Part shown: one piece after another, positions 1-10,861 of the stretch
Layout: each line of letters begins with the position of its first letter
Position numbering within the stretch: the stretch's first letter is position 1
Assembly (NCBI GenBank): GCA_051960215.1
Contig: JBQCEN010000080.1
Location: forward strand, 1-50,432
Origin: Pararhizobium sp.
GTDB taxonomy: Bacteria; Pseudomonadota; Alphaproteobacteria; Rhizobiales; Rhizobiaceae
Direction of reading: 5' to 3'
Length of the DNA stretch: 50,432 nucleotides
The notes under the pieces: model-generated
What the model was told of the DNA's origin: nothing
The model's input: only the letters and a program-made list of their open reading frames with translations
The model's database searches: none
Program-made: the position numbers and the translations under genes

Positions 1-310
1 CATGCATGATGCCCGACCAGCCGAAGCCCTCCCGGCCGACGCCGACGCCGTAGCGGATCGCGCGGTTGCCCGGCTGCACGAGGTAGAGATACTTGGTGTT
101 GGTGTTGACGATGACGGTGCCCGGCCGCTCGTTCGTCGTCAGCCGCACCTTGGCGCGGCGGAACTTCGGCGCCGGCTCGCGCGCCGTCACGTGGCTGACA
201 TGCGGCGTGCGCACGTCCGGATGGGCCGGCGATGCCGAGGCGCCGCCGGCGACGAACAGGCACGCGGCGATGGCGCTGGCGGCAAGCGCCAGGCGGTTGA
301 GGATCGTCAT
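1..310 (-). CDS. L,D-transpeptidase family protein (YkuD/ErfK), 3' end truncated by window edge
   Basis: Not in the ORF track. Manual translation: MTILNRLALAASAIAACLFVAGGASA (signal peptide)...PGTVIVNTNTKYLYLVQPGNRAIRYGVGVGREGFGWSG. GGAGAGG RBS upstream. Paralogous to the adjacent LDT. Confidence 0.9.
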   Translation of the reverse strand, partial: MTILNRLALAASAIAACLFVAGGASASPAHPDVRTPHVSHVTAREPAPKFRRAKVRLTTNERPGTVIVNTNTKYLYLVQPGNRAIRYGVGVGREGFGWSGIMH

Positions 311-403
311 GGGTCTTCCCCTCTCCAATGGCCCCTACGGGATGCAGAATTGACTGATCGGGCGGCCGGCGCAACGATTGCGCCCGCCTCCGCTGCTCCG
401 GCT

Positions 404-1207
404 CTACCTGACGATGACCTTGGTGCCGACCGGCACCCGGTCGTAGAGGTCGAGCACGTCCTCGTTGCGCATGCGGATGCAGCCGGACGAGACGTTGTGG
501 CCGATCGTCCAGGGCGCGTTCGTACCGTGGATGCGGTAGAGCGTCGAGCCGAGATAGAGGGCGCGCGCGCCGAGCGGGTTTGCCGGACCGCCCTCCATGT
601 GGACGGGCAGGTAGTGCCCCTTCGCCGCCTCGCGGCTGATCATCTCGCGGGGCGGCGTCCAGTCCGGCCATTCCGCCTTGCGGGTGATGCGGTGCGTGCC
701 GGTCCAGCCGAAGCCGGGCTTGCCGACGCCGACGCCGTAGCGCCGCGCGACGCCGTGGCCGAGGACGAGGAAGAGAAACTTCCTCTTCGTATCGATGACG
801 ATCGTCCCCGGCGCTTCCGTCGTCTGATAGGCGACGGTGCGCGGCAGGTAGATCGGGTCCATGCGCATGTGGCGCGGGTCTTCGCCGCGCGGGATCGCCA
901 CGAGCTGGGCGGGCGAAGCGTGCATAACCGCGGCGAGTTGCTCGCGGCTCGTCACCGGCAGTCGTCGTCCGGCCTGCGGCTGCCGACCGTAGAAGACGGC
1001 GCCCGGCTGCTCGCGCACGACGTAGCGCGGATAGCGCGCCGCATAGCGTTCTGCGGTGCGTCGTCCCTGCAACTGCATCACCCAGGGGGCCGTCAGGTCC
1101 GGGCTGAGCACGACCGGCGGGCGCGCGGCATAACGGTCGCCGGCGAAGGCCGGCGAGGCGAGGGCCGCCGAAAGTGCGGCGGCGAGGAAGACGGCTTTGG
1201 TAGACAT
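404..1207 (-). CDS. L,D-transpeptidase family protein
   Basis: Signal peptide, RRYGVGVGKPGF, NPLGARALYL and catalytic HGT...SSGCIRM motif. Start set at MSTKAVF. Confidence 0.93.
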   Translation of the reverse strand: MSTKAVFLAAALSAALASPAFAGDRYAARPPVVLSPDLTAPWVMQLQGRRTAERYAARYPRYVVREQPGAVFYGRQPQAGRRLPVTSREQLAAVMHASPAQLVAIPRGEDPRHMRMDPIYLPRTVAYQTTEAPGTIVIDTKRKFLFLVLGHGVARRYGVGVGKPGFGWTGTHRITRKAEWPDWTPPREMISREAAKGHYLPVHMEGGPANPLGARALYLGSTLYRIHGTNAPWTIGHNVSSGCIRMRNEDVLDLYDRVPVGTKVIVR

Positions 1208-1373
1208 CGCTGTGCGAGCCCTTTTCACGGAAGCGCGGGCGCCGCGCGAATGTGGCGGCGATCGGGCGCAATCGTGGCGGGAAGACCCAACCGAAAGATG
1301 AATCCCGCTTTTGGACAGCCCCCTTTGCCGGCTAAAGCTCGAAGTAGGGTTATCGCCGGATTGACGAACGCGG

Positions 1374-1388
1374 TGAACGCGTCCTTAA
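1374..1388. promoter_or_regulatory. Possible CtrA box (TTAA-N7-TTCA on minus strand)
   Basis: One mismatch to TTAA-N7-TTAA, in the divergent LDT/tag intergenic region. Confidence 0.3.
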
Positions 1389-1420
1389 GAGTCGAACGGA
1401 ACCGGAGGGGAGATTGAACC

Positions 1421-2050
1421 ATGGCGGACGGGTTGCTCGAAGGCCCGGACGGGCGCGCGCGCTGCTCCTGGCACGCCGACATTCCGGAATACACCGCCTA
1501 TCACGACACCGAGTGGGGCCGGCCGATGGCCGATGATGTCCGCCTCTTCGAGAAGATCTGCCTCGAAGGCTTCCAGTCCGGCCTCTCCTGGCTGACGATC
1601 CTCCGGAAGCGCGAGAATTTTCGCGCCGCCTTCGCCGGCTTCAATTTCGAGAAGGTCGCCCGCTTCGGCGAGGCCGACATCGCCCGTCTGCTTGCCGATC
1701 CCGGCATCGTCCGCCACCGCGGCAAGATCGTCTCGACGATCAACAACGCCGCGCGCGCCATGGAAATGCGCGCCGAATTCGGCTCGCTCGCCGCCTATTT
1801 CTGGAGCCATGAGCCCGGCCAGAAGGAGCGCCCGGCGGTCGTCGACCATGCCCATCTCGTCGCCAACCCGACCACCGAGGTCTCGAAACGCATCTCGAAG
1901 GACCTGAAGAAGCGCGGCTGGACCTTCGTCGGCCCGACAACCCTCTATGCCTTCATGCAGGCCATGGGCCTCGTCAACGACCACCTCGAAGGCTGCTTTC
2001 GGCGTGAGGAGGTGGAGGCGGAGCGGACGGCGTTCAGGCGGCCGGCATAG
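1421..2050 (+). CDS. tag: DNA-3-methyladenine glycosylase I
   Basis: RCSW...YHDTEWG, LFEKICLEGFQSGLSWLTIL, FVGPTT, GLVNDHLEGC motifs. Confidence 0.95.
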   Translation: MADGLLEGPDGRARCSWHADIPEYTAYHDTEWGRPMADDVRLFEKICLEGFQSGLSWLTILRKRENFRAAFAGFNFEKVARFGEADIARLLADPGIVRHRGKIVSTINNAARAMEMRAEFGSLAAYFWSHEPGQKERPAVVDHAHLVANPTTEVSKRISKDLKKRGWTFVGPTTLYAFMQAMGLVNDHLEGCFRREEVEAERTAFRRPA

Positions 2051-2052
2051 CG

Positions 2053-2298
2053 ATGCCGGTCGTTATTCGGCATGGTGCTCTGAAGCTCTTCTTCTACTCG
2101 AACGAGGGCAACCCTCGGGAGCCGATGCACATCCACGCCAGAGCGGCAGGCAAGGAAGCGAAGATATGGCTCGCGAATCCCGCCACCGTCGCAAAAAGCA
2201 ATGGCTTCAGCGCGAGGGAGCTTCGCGCTATTCTTGAACTCATCGCAGAGCGCCGTTCTGAAATTGAAGAGGCCTGGAATGAGCATTTCGGCAACTGA
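2053..2298 (+). CDS. DUF4160 family protein (putative toxin of a TA-like pair)
   Basis: MPVVIRHGALKLFFYSNEGNPREPMHIHA...EAKIWL...AWNEHFG pattern. Atypical codon usage. Overlaps the next ORF. Confidence 0.8.
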   Translation: MPVVIRHGALKLFFYSNEGNPREPMHIHARAAGKEAKIWLANPATVAKSNGFSARELRAILELIAERRSEIEEAWNEHFGN

Positions 2299-2527
2299 GG
2301 TGCGGTTTGACGAGAACTCGATGTGGGTGTCGCTCGACGACGGCCGCACCATCGGCGTGCCGCTCGCATGGTTCCCGCGTCTTCTGGCTGCGTCGGCCGC
2401 CGAGCGGTCCGATGTCGAGATCAGCCCATACGGGCTTCATTGGGATGGACTTGACGAGGATATTTCGATCGATGGTCTTCTTGCCGGGCGAGGAGACGTG
2501 ACCACGCGCCGGCCATCGGCCGCCTAG
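2279..2527 (+). CDS. DUF2442 family protein (putative antitoxin)
   Basis: MSISATEVRFDENSMWVSLDDGRTIGVPLAWFPRLL...GLHWDGLDEDISIDGLL. ATG at 2279 overlaps the upstream ORF by 20 nt. Confidence 0.82.
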   Translation: MSISATEVRFDENSMWVSLDDGRTIGVPLAWFPRLLAASAAERSDVEISPYGLHWDGLDEDISIDGLLAGRGDVTTRRPSAA

Positions 2528-2530
2528 CGG

Positions 2531-3487
<957 letters not shown>

Positions 3488-3532
3488 TCACCTTCCCGCC
3501 CGCAACACGTTCAGCCATCGGACCGTCGCATC

Positions 3533-5152
3533 ATGAGCGAAAAGAAGAAGAAACCGCAGAAACTGAAGGCCCGCCTGCCGCGCGGCTTCGTCGACCGCTC
3601 GCCTGCCGATATCCGCACCACCGACGAGATGGTGGCGAAGATCAGGAAAGTCTACGAGCGCTACGGCTTCGACCCGGTCGAAACGCCGCTATTTGAATAT
3701 ACCGACGCGCTCGGCAAGTTCCTGCCCGACCAGGACCGGCCGAACGAGGGCGTCTTTTCGCTGCAGGACGACGACGAGCAGTGGATGAGCCTGCGTTACG
3801 ACCTGACGGCGCCGCTCGCCCGCCACGTCGCCCAGAACTTCAACGAGATCCAGCTTCCCTACCGCACCTATCGGGCCGGCTGGGTCTTCCGCAACGAGAA
3901 GCCGGGGCCGGGCCGCTTCCGCCAGTTCATGCAGTTCGACGCCGATACCGTCGGCGCGCCGGGCGTCCAGGCCGACGCCGAGATGTGCATGATGATGGCC
4001 GACACGATGGAAGCCCTCGGCATCAAGCGCGGCGACTACGTGATCCGGGTGAACAACCGCAAGGTCCTCGACGGCGTGATGGAGGCGATCGGCATCGGCG
4101 GCGAGGAATACGCGGCGACGCGGCTGACGGTGCTGCGGGCGATCGACAAGCTCGACAAGTTCGGCGTCGAAGGCGTGCGGCAGTTGCTCGGCGAAGGGCG
4201 GAAGGACGAGAGCGGGGATTTCACGAAGGGCGCGGGGCTCGTTGAGGAGCAGATCGAGACGGTTTTCAAGTTAGTAGATTGGTCGAACAGTTCATTGGTC
4301 GAAGTCGATAACGAAACTCCGTTAAAGACGCAGTGGCTTGAGCGAGCGGATGGAGCGCAGAACAAGACGAACGCCGATACCCTCAAACTGCTCCACATAG
4401 GATTTGATTGGCAAAAGACGGCTTTTCAGGGGACTTCCGAGCTTTCTCAAATCTATCAAATAGTCAGGGCTGCCGGATATGACGAGAAACGCATCAAGAT
4501 CGATCCTTCCTGCGTTCGCGGCCTTGAATATTACACCGGGCCGGTCTTCGAGGCCGAACTCCTGACGGAAATCCCCAACGAGAAGGGCGAGATCGTTCGG
4601 TTCGGCTCGGTCGGCGGCGGCGGGCGGTATGACGGACTGGTCAAGCGCTTCACGGGGCAGGACGTGCCGGCGACCGGCTTCTCGATCGGCGTCTCCCGCC
4701 TGATGACCGCTTTGAAGAATCTCGGCAAGCTCGGGCAGGACGAGGTGCTCGCCCCGGTCGTCGTCTGCGTCATGGACCGCGACACCGAAAGCCTCGGCCG
4801 CTACCAGCGCTTCACGCAGGAACTTCGGGGCGCCGGCATCCGCGCCGAGATGTACCAGGGCAACCCGAAGAATTTCGGCAACCAGCTCAAATATGCCGAC
4901 CGCCGCGGTGCACCGCTCGCCATCATCCAGGGCGGTGACGAGCGCGCGAAGGGTGAGGTCCAGATCAAGGACCTGATCGAGGGAAAGCACCTCTCCGCCG
5001 ATATCGCCGACAACGCGACCTGGCGCGAAAGCCGCCTCGCGCAGGTGTCGCTGCCGGAAAGCGAACACGTCGCCAAGGTCCGCGAGATGCTGGCGCAGCA
5101 GACCGAGGATCGGCAGGCGACGGATCGGGTGAGGGCAGAGACAAACTCGTGA
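3533..5152 (+). CDS. hisS: Histidine--tRNA ligase
   Basis: [54 protein letters not shown]. True start MSEKKKK; the 815-aa track ORF has a spurious N-terminal extension. Confidence 0.97.
   Translation: MSEKKKKPQKLKARLPRGFVDRSPADIRTTDEMVAKIRKVYERYGFDPVETPLFEYTDALGKFLPDQDRPNEGVFSLQDDDEQWMSLRYDLTAPLARHVAQNFNEIQLPYRTYRAGWVFRNEKPGPGRFRQFMQFDADTVGAPGVQADAEMCMMMADTMEALGIKRGDYVIRVNNRKVLDGVMEAIGIGGEEYAATRLTVLRAIDKLDKFGVEGVRQLLGEGRKDESGDFTKGAGLVEEQIETVFKLVDWSNSSLVEVDNETPLKTQWLERADGAQNKTNADTLKLLHIGFDWQKTAFQGTSELSQIYQIVRAAGYDEKRIKIDPSCVRGLEYYTGPVFEAELLTEIPNEKGEIVRFGSVGGGGRYDGLVKRFTGQDVPATGFSIGVSRLMTALKNLGKLGQDEVLAPVVVCVMDRDTESLGRYQRFTQELRGAGIRAEMYQGNPKNFGNQLKYADRRGAPLAIIQGGDERAKGEVQIKDLIEGKHLSADIADNATWRESRLAQVSLPESEHVAKVREMLAQQTEDRQATDRVRAETNS
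4241..4490 (+). other. AT-rich in-frame variable segment within the hisS insertion domain
   Basis: 94/200 GC (47%) at 4261-4460 versus 82/120 (68%) at 4021-4140, by hand count. Rare codons TTA, GTA, TCA, ATA. Boundaries approximate. Confidence 0.8.
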
Positions 5153-5183
5153 TGCGTTACAACACGAGTTTTGTGGAGGGGGA

Positions 5184-5426
5184 ATGGCGGACGATGCGAC
5201 ACGCCTTATTCACAATGAGAAGCAGAAGCTGATCGCCAGCGCGCTCGATCGCTTGTCGACGACGTTCGCGGCCGTCGGGATCGTGGGACCTGTCGCAACA
5301 TTGCTCTATGGCAGCACGGGCGTCCATGCGCCGGCGGTCTGGCTTTTCATGACCTTCCTCGCTTGGAGTCTCATGGCCCTTGCACTACATTCCTTGGCAA
5401 GAGAGGCGCTGGAGAAACTGCGATGA
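5184..5426 (+). CDS. Small two-TM membrane protein, unknown function
   Basis: GGAGG RBS. LIHNEKQKLIASALDRLST followed by two hydrophobic segments. Confidence 0.7.
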   Translation: MADDATRLIHNEKQKLIASALDRLSTTFAAVGIVGPVATLLYGSTGVHAPAVWLFMTFLAWSLMALALHSLAREALEKLR

Positions 5427-5521
5427 GCGATATGGCGCTTTACCAATGGGCCTTCACCGCTCTTCCGGTCGTGATCGTGGCGGCGATCTGGCTCGGGTTG
5501 AAGTTTGAGCATCGCATCTAG
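5423..5521 (+). CDS. 32-aa single-TM microprotein
   Basis: ATGA overlap with the upstream ORF, GGAGA RBS. MSDMALYQWAFTALPVVIVAAIWLGLKFEHRI*. Too short for the ORF track. Confidence 0.55.
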   Translation: MSDMALYQWAFTALPVVIVAAIWLGLKFEHRI

Positions 5522-5652
5522 CGATTCCACTCTTCTCCCTTCTTCTCTGCATGCGATTGTCCAAACGTGACCGCGTACGTTATAGGCTGGCTGCGCACCG
5601 GATGACGTCTGTCTTCCGATAAAACGACGACGCCGACGGATCAGCCTTTCTT

Positions 5653-6771
5653 ATGCCTCTTCTGGCCCTGCCGAATTTTGCCGAGACGCTTCAGTCCGCG
5701 CTGGCCGCGTGCGGCACCGAGACCATTACGGTGCCGATGATCCAGCCCGCCGAGCCCTTCCTCGACACGGCGGGCGAGGACCTGCGGCGGCGGATCTTCA
5801 TGACCGAGAGCGAGACCGGCGCGAGCCTCTGCCTGAGGCCGGAATTCACCATCCCCGTCTGCCGCGCGCACATCGCGACGGCGGCCGGCACGCCGCGGCG
5901 CTACTCTTATCTCGGGCCGGTCTTCCGCCAGCGCCGCGATGGTCCGAGCGAGTTCCACCAGGCCGGACTCGAGGACCTCGGCGAGGCGGATCATGGCACA
6001 GCCGACGCGCGGGCGATCGCCGATGCGGTCGCCGTGCTTTCCGGCCTTCTTCCGGAAGCGCCGCTGTCGGTGACGGTTGGCGACCAGGCGGTCTTCGAGG
6101 CCGTGGTCGCCGCCCTCGGCCTGCCCGCCGGCTGGCAGAAGCGGCTGATCCACGCCTTCGGCAATCCGTTGGCGCTGAAGGGCATGCTCGACCGTCTCTC
6201 CCGGCCGTATCCTGAAACCGGCCTTGACGGCGCCGTCGCCAGCCTGCTGGCGACGGGCAGGGAGGCGGAGCTTGCCCATTATATCGCGCAGACGATGATC
6301 GATACCGGCTATTCCACCAAGGCCGGACGCACTCCGCTCGAGATCGCCCGGCGGCTGAAGGAGAAGGCCGATCTCGCCCGCACGCGGCTCGATCCGAAGG
6401 CTTCGGCCGTGCTTGAGGAGTTCCTGGCGCTCGAGGTGCCGCTCGGCGAGGCGCCGGCGGCGCTCGCCGGCTTTGCGGATGCGGCGGGCCTCGTCCTCGG
6501 CGAAGCGGTCGCCGCCTTCGGCGCGCGCGTCGCCGCGCTCGAGAAGCGCGCCCTAGACATCGCCCGCATGCGCTACCGCGCCGCCTTCGGCCGCCCGCTC
6601 GACTATTATACCGGCCTCGTCTTCGAGGTCTCGACGCGCGGCGGGCCGGTGCTTGCCGGCGGCGGGCGCTATGACAGGCTGCTGACGCTCCTCGGCGCAA
6701 AGGGGCCGATCCCGGCCGTCGGCTTCTCGCTCTGGCTCGACCGGATCGAGGCTGCGGGGAGGCCGGCATGA
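5653..6771 (+). CDS. hisZ: ATP phosphoribosyltransferase regulatory subunit
   Basis: HisRS-like fold ([24 protein letters not shown]). ATGA-coupled to short hisG. Confidence 0.93.
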   Translation: MPLLALPNFAETLQSALAACGTETITVPMIQPAEPFLDTAGEDLRRRIFMTESETGASLCLRPEFTIPVCRAHIATAAGTPRRYSYLGPVFRQRRDGPSEFHQAGLEDLGEADHGTADARAIADAVAVLSGLLPEAPLSVTVGDQAVFEAVVAALGLPAGWQKRLIHAFGNPLALKGMLDRLSRPYPETGLDGAVASLLATGREAELAHYIAQTMIDTGYSTKAGRTPLEIARRLKEKADLARTRLDPKASAVLEEFLALEVPLGEAPAALAGFADAAGLVLGEAVAAFGARVAALEKRALDIARMRYRAAFGRPLDYYTGLVFEVSTRGGPVLAGGGRYDRLLTLLGAKGPIPAVGFSLWLDRIEAAGRPA

Positions 6772-7460
6772 GCGTGACCGTGGCCTTGCCGTCGAAGGGC
6801 AGGATGAAGGACGAGGCTCTGGCGGTCTTCGAGAGAGCGGGCTTCCGGGTCGCGCAGATCGGCACCGACCGCTCCTATCGCGGCCGCGTCGAGGGCATCG
6901 ACGACATCGAGATCGCCTTCCTGTCTGCCTCCGAGATCGCCCGCGAGCTCGGTTCCGGCGGCGTCGATTTCGGCATCACCGGAGAGGACCTGATCCGCGA
7001 GGGGCTGGCGGACGCGGACGCCCGCGTCGAGATTTGCGCGGGCCTCGGCTTCGGCCGGGCCGATGTCGTGGTCGCGGTGCCGGACGTCTGGCTCGACGTC
7101 GAGACGATGGCCGACCTCGGCGATGTCGCGGCCGATTTCCGCGCCCGCCACGGCCGCCGGCTGGCGATCGCGACGAAATACTGGCGCCTGACCCAGACCT
7201 TCTTCTCGGCGACCCACGGCATCCAGCTCTACCGGATCGTCGAGAGCCTCGGCGCAACGGAAGGCGCACCCGCCTCCGGCTCCGCCGACATCATCGTCGA
7301 CATCACCTCGACGGGGTCGACCCTGAAGGCGAACCACCTGAAGGTGCTTGCCGACGGCGTCATCCTGCGCTCGCAGGCCTGTCTCGTCAGGGCCCGCAAG
7401 GCCGAGCACGAGGGCCACCCGGCGGTGGCGCGGATTTTGCAGGCGGTGGCGTCGGTCTGA
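6768..7460 (+). CDS. hisG: ATP phosphoribosyltransferase (short form)
   Basis: [28 protein letters not shown]...[19 protein letters not shown]. Confidence 0.95.
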   Translation: MSVTVALPSKGRMKDEALAVFERAGFRVAQIGTDRSYRGRVEGIDDIEIAFLSASEIARELGSGGVDFGITGEDLIREGLADADARVEICAGLGFGRADVVVAVPDVWLDVETMADLGDVAADFRARHGRRLAIATKYWRLTQTFFSATHGIQLYRIVESLGATEGAPASGSADIIVDITSTGSTLKANHLKVLADGVILRSQACLVRARKAEHEGHPAVARILQAVASV

Positions 7461-7506
7461 TCGCTCATACCGGCAGGCGATGGCGCCTCGCGGCCGGCGG
7501 CTCATC

Positions 7507-7642
7507 CTCCTCCGTCATTTCTGTGCTTGTCACAGAAATCCACACCGTTCCGCTTTCCTCATGGGGGACTCGTCGAGCGTGTCCCCGAAAAGGCAGCGGA
7601 TAGGAATGGGTCCCTGTGACGAGCGCAGGGACGACGGAGGAG
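7507..7642. repeat. REP/RIME-like palindromic element with 36-bp inverted arms
   Basis: Arm 7507-7542 CTCCTCCGTCATTTCTGTGCTTGTCACAGAAATCCA matches the reverse complement of 7607-7642 at 28/36 positions. Each arm has its own hairpin. Lies between convergent genes. Confidence 0.85.
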
Positions 7643-7666
7643 AGCGAGGTGGCTCAGTGCGCATTC

Positions 7667-8074
7667 TCAGGCCAGCGACGTCCGCGCGGGTCCGCGGCCG
7701 AGAAGGCGGGCGTCGAGCGAGATCGAGCCGGGCCCGGTGGCGGCGAGAAGCAGGAAGCCGCCGGCGATGCCGATGTTCTTCAGGAGCTGCGTCGGATCGC
7801 CGAGGTCGAGATGCGCGACGGCGGCGGTGCCGAAGCAGAAGAGCATCAGCGCGATCGCGACGGGCCGCGTGGCGAGGCCGACGAGGATCGCCAGACCGCC
7901 GAGCAACTCGAGCGCCGTCGTTGCCCAGGCGAAGAAGAGGGGGGCCGGAAAGCCGTGCTGGACGAGGTAGCCGGCGAAGTTGGCAGGGCCGCCGACGAAC
8001 TTGCCATAGCCGGAGACGATGAAGAGCGCGGCGAGGAAGATGCGCGCGACGAGGAGAAGCGTGTTGCTGGGCAT
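7667..8074 (-). CDS. DoxX family membrane protein
   Basis: ARIFLAALFIVSGYGK, ELLGGLAILVGLATR, KNIGIAGGFLLLAATGPGSISLD. Confidence 0.88.
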   Translation of the reverse strand: MPSNTLLLVARIFLAALFIVSGYGKFVGGPANFAGYLVQHGFPAPLFFAWATTALELLGGLAILVGLATRPVAIALMLFCFGTAAVAHLDLGDPTQLLKNIGIAGGFLLLAATGPGSISLDARLLGRGPARTSLA

Positions 8075-8222
8075 GGATGCCGGTCCCTGTTTCGAGGCCC
8101 CCGTCATCCCAGAAATCGGCCTGCCGGCATAGCCGCCGCCTCGGCGACGCAGCGTAGCCGGAAAGTGAACGCCGCTCTTTCAGCGTTCACTTGAACACGA
8201 GCCGACGCCGAATGCGATGACC

Positions 8223-9611
8223 TCACTTCGGGCTGGTCATCGCCTCCGGCCGCACGAGCCGGTCGTATTCCTCCGCCGTCACATGGCCGCTCTTCACCGC
8301 TTCCTCCTTGAGCGTGGTGCCGTTCTTGTGCGCGGTCTTGGCGATCTTCGCGGCATTGTCGTAGCCGATGGTCGGAGCAAGCGCCGTGACCAGCATCAGG
8401 GAGCGCTCCATCAGCTCCTTGATGTGGCCCTCGTTGGCGACGATGCCCGAGACGCAGTTGTCGGCGAAGGAGACCATCGCGTCGGCGGCGATCCGGATCG
8501 ACTGGAGCACGTTATAGGCGATCACCGGCTTGAAGACGTTGAGCTCGAACTGGCCCTGCGAGGCGGCGATCGAGACGGTGGTCTGGTTGCCCATGATCTG
8601 CGTCGCGACCATGGTCAGCGCCTCGGCCTGCGTCGGGTTGACCTTGCCGGGCATGATGGACGAGCCCGGCTCGTTCTCCGGCAGGGAGAGCTCGCCGAGG
8701 CCGGAGCGCGGGCCGGAGCCGAGGAAGCGGATGTCGTTGCCGATCTTGAAGAGGTCGGCGGCGAGCGCATTGAGCGAACCGTGGAAATTGGCGAGCGCCC
8801 CGTGCGAGGCGAGCGCCTCGAACTTGTTGCAGGCCGTACGGAAGGGCAGGCCGGTGATCTCGGCGACGGCCGCCGCGAAGTCCCGGTCGAAGCCGACCGG
8901 TGCGTTGAGCCCGGTGCCGACGGCCGTGCCGCCCTGCGCCAGCGCGTAGACGTCCTCCAGCGCCTTCCCGAGCCGCGCCTTGCCGAGTTCGAGCGCTGTC
9001 GCATAGCCGGAGAATTCCTGGCCGAGCGTGAGCGGCGTCGCGTCCTGCGTATGCGTGCGGCCGATCTTGACGATGTCCTTCCATTCGTCCGACTTGGCGG
9101 CGAGCGCCGCATGGAGGTGGTCGATCGCCGGCATGAGCCGGTTGACGGCGTCCATCGCCGCGGCGATGTGCATCGCCGTCGGGAAGGTGTCGTTCGACGA
9201 CTGGCTCATGTTGACGTGGTCGTTCGGATGGACCGGCTTCTTCGAGCCCATCGTGCCGCCGAGGAGCTCGATGGCGCGATTCGAAATCACCTCGTTGGCG
9301 TTCATGTTCGACTGCGTGCCCGATCCCGTCTGCCAGACGACGAGCGGGAAGTGGTCGTCGAGCTTGCCCTCGATCACCTCTTCGGCCGCCGTGACGATGG
9401 CGTCGGCGAGAGTGGGGTCGAGCTTGCCGAGCTTCCTGTTGACCGTCGCTGCCGCCTTCTTGACGATGCCCAGCGCGTGGACGAGCGGCAGCGGCATGCG
9501 CTCGCCGCCGATGCGGAAGTTCGACAGCGAGCGCTCGCTCTGGGCGCCCCAGTAGCGGTCGCTCGCGACCTCGATCGCGCCGAAAGTGTCGGTTTCCGTC
9601 CTCGTCGTCAT
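8223..9611 (-). CDS. fumC: Fumarate hydratase class II
   Basis: [22 protein letters not shown] and [13 protein letters not shown] signature. Confidence 0.97.
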   Translation of the reverse strand: MTTRTETDTFGAIEVASDRYWGAQSERSLSNFRIGGERMPLPLVHALGIVKKAAATVNRKLGKLDPTLADAIVTAAEEVIEGKLDDHFPLVVWQTGSGTQSNMNANEVISNRAIELLGGTMGSKKPVHPNDHVNMSQSSNDTFPTAMHIAAAMDAVNRLMPAIDHLHAALAAKSDEWKDIVKIGRTHTQDATPLTLGQEFSGYATALELGKARLGKALEDVYALAQGGTAVGTGLNAPVGFDRDFAAAVAEITGLPFRTACNKFEALASHGALANFHGSLNALAADLFKIGNDIRFLGSGPRSGLGELSLPENEPGSSIMPGKVNPTQAEALTMVATQIMGNQTTVSIAASQGQFELNVFKPVIAYNVLQSIRIAADAMVSFADNCVSGIVANEGHIKELMERSLMLVTALAPTIGYDNAAKIAKTAHKNGTTLKEEAVKSGHVTAEEYDRLVRPEAMTSPK

Positions 9612-9758
9612 TTTCGATTCTCCTGCTGCCGAGGCCGTCGGGGCTCCGGGCGTCTTTCGTCGATGTCGGCGCTTCTTGGCGCGCCCTTGCGTCCTATGTG
9701 CTGTCGGGAACCGTCCCCACGCAGGGACGATCGGGACGCATCAAGGGAGCATTCGCCT

Positions 9759-10460
9759 ATGGCCAATTTGTCCGCATTTCCAATAACCAAACGCTGGCCG
9801 GCCTCCAAGCCCGACGTCATACAACTTTATTCCTTTCCGACGCCGAACGGGGTGAAGATATCGATCGCGCTGGAGGAGCTCGGCCTTCCCTACGAGGCCC
9901 ATCGTGTCAGTCTGGCGGACGACGACCAGAAGACGCCGGAGTTCCTGAGCCTCAATCCGAACGGCAAGATCCCGGCGATCATCGACCCGGACGGCCCCGA
10001 CGGCGAGCCGATCGGCCTGTTCGAATCCGCCGCGATCCTGATCCACCTCGCGGAGAAGACCGGCCGCCTGATGCCGGCAAAGGCCTCCGCGAGGCTCGAG
10101 ACGATCGAGTGGCTTGCTTTCCAGGTCGCCGGCATCGGCCCCATGTTCGGCCAGTTCGGCCACTTCCACAGGCTTTCCGGAGACAAGGATGCCGGCAGCT
10201 ATCCGAAAAAGCGCTATGCGAAGGAGACGCGAAGGCTGCTCGGTGTGCTGGAAGGGCGGCTGCAAGGCCGCGACTGGATCATGGGCGACGTCTATACGAT
10301 CGCCGACATCGCGACGTTTCCCTGGGTGCGCGCGTTGAGCGCGAGTTATGAAGCGGACGAAATCCTCGGCCTCGACGCCTTTCCGCGGACGATGGACTGG
10401 GTCGGCCGTTGCGAAGCACGCCCGGCGTCGCAGAAAGGGCTGAACATCCCGCCGCGGTAG
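9759..10460 (+). CDS. Glutathione S-transferase (YfcG-like)
   Basis: TPNGVKISIALEE, NPNGKIPAIIDP, FESAAIL, YTIADIATFPW. Start MANLSAF follows a GGGAG RBS. Confidence 0.92.
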   Translation: MANLSAFPITKRWPASKPDVIQLYSFPTPNGVKISIALEELGLPYEAHRVSLADDDQKTPEFLSLNPNGKIPAIIDPDGPDGEPIGLFESAAILIHLAEKTGRLMPAKASARLETIEWLAFQVAGIGPMFGQFGHFHRLSGDKDAGSYPKKRYAKETRRLLGVLEGRLQGRDWIMGDVYTIADIATFPWVRALSASYEADEILGLDAFPRTMDWVGRCEARPASQKGLNIPPR

Positions 10461-10477
10461 CGGCGCGGCTCGTCGGG

Positions 10478-10861
10478 CTACAGGTGCGGAAAGATGAAGA
10501 CGCCCGACAGGGCGCCGGCCTCCTGCCCGCCATGGCCAAAGGACCGCCCGATGCAGAAAATCGCCTGGCCCGTGCGCGGGCCGGCGGCGACGGCGGTCGA
10601 GAAGCTGAAGCTCGTGGGTGTGGTCGCTGCCTGCTCGAACTGGTCGATCAGCCGCCGCCGGTCGGTGATGTCGAAGCACTGGATCAGCGACAGGAGTCCC
10701 TGATCGGCGCCGCCGGCGAGCTGCAGGATATGGCGCGTCATGGTGCCGATCCTGAGCAACCCCGTATCGAGGCTGCCGTGCCAGGGATCGCTCGCGCAGA
10801 ACTCCCTCATCCCGTAGGCGCCGTGGATGCCGGGAAGCTCGATTTCGCTGGCGAGAGGCAT
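10478..10861 (-). CDS. Hypothetical protein, possibly PAS-like; start uncertain
   Basis: Coding-like C-terminal part (WHGSLDTGLL...DRRRLIDQFEQAA...GVFIFP). The frame stays open past 10975. Confidence 0.5.
   Translation of the reverse strand: MPLASEIELPGIHGAYGMREFCASDPWHGSLDTGLLRIGTMTRHILQLAGGADQGLLSLIQCFDITDRRRLIDQFEQAATTPTSFSFSTAVAAGPRTGQAIFCIGRSFGHGGQEAGALSGVFIFPHL

Noticed and set aside
2-1417. 471-aa + strand ORF
   Set aside because: Antisense shadow of the two LDT genes. Arg/Ala-rich with no motifs, typical of high-GC DNA.
4241-4490. Intein or intron explanation for the hisS (and ileS) inserts
   Set aside because: Too short, no C/S...HN-C/S/T splice motifs, and no group I or II intron features seen.
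8217-9758. Apparent 747-aa GST fusion
   Set aside because: The upstream part is antisense to fumC. The GST has its own RBS and ATG at 9759.
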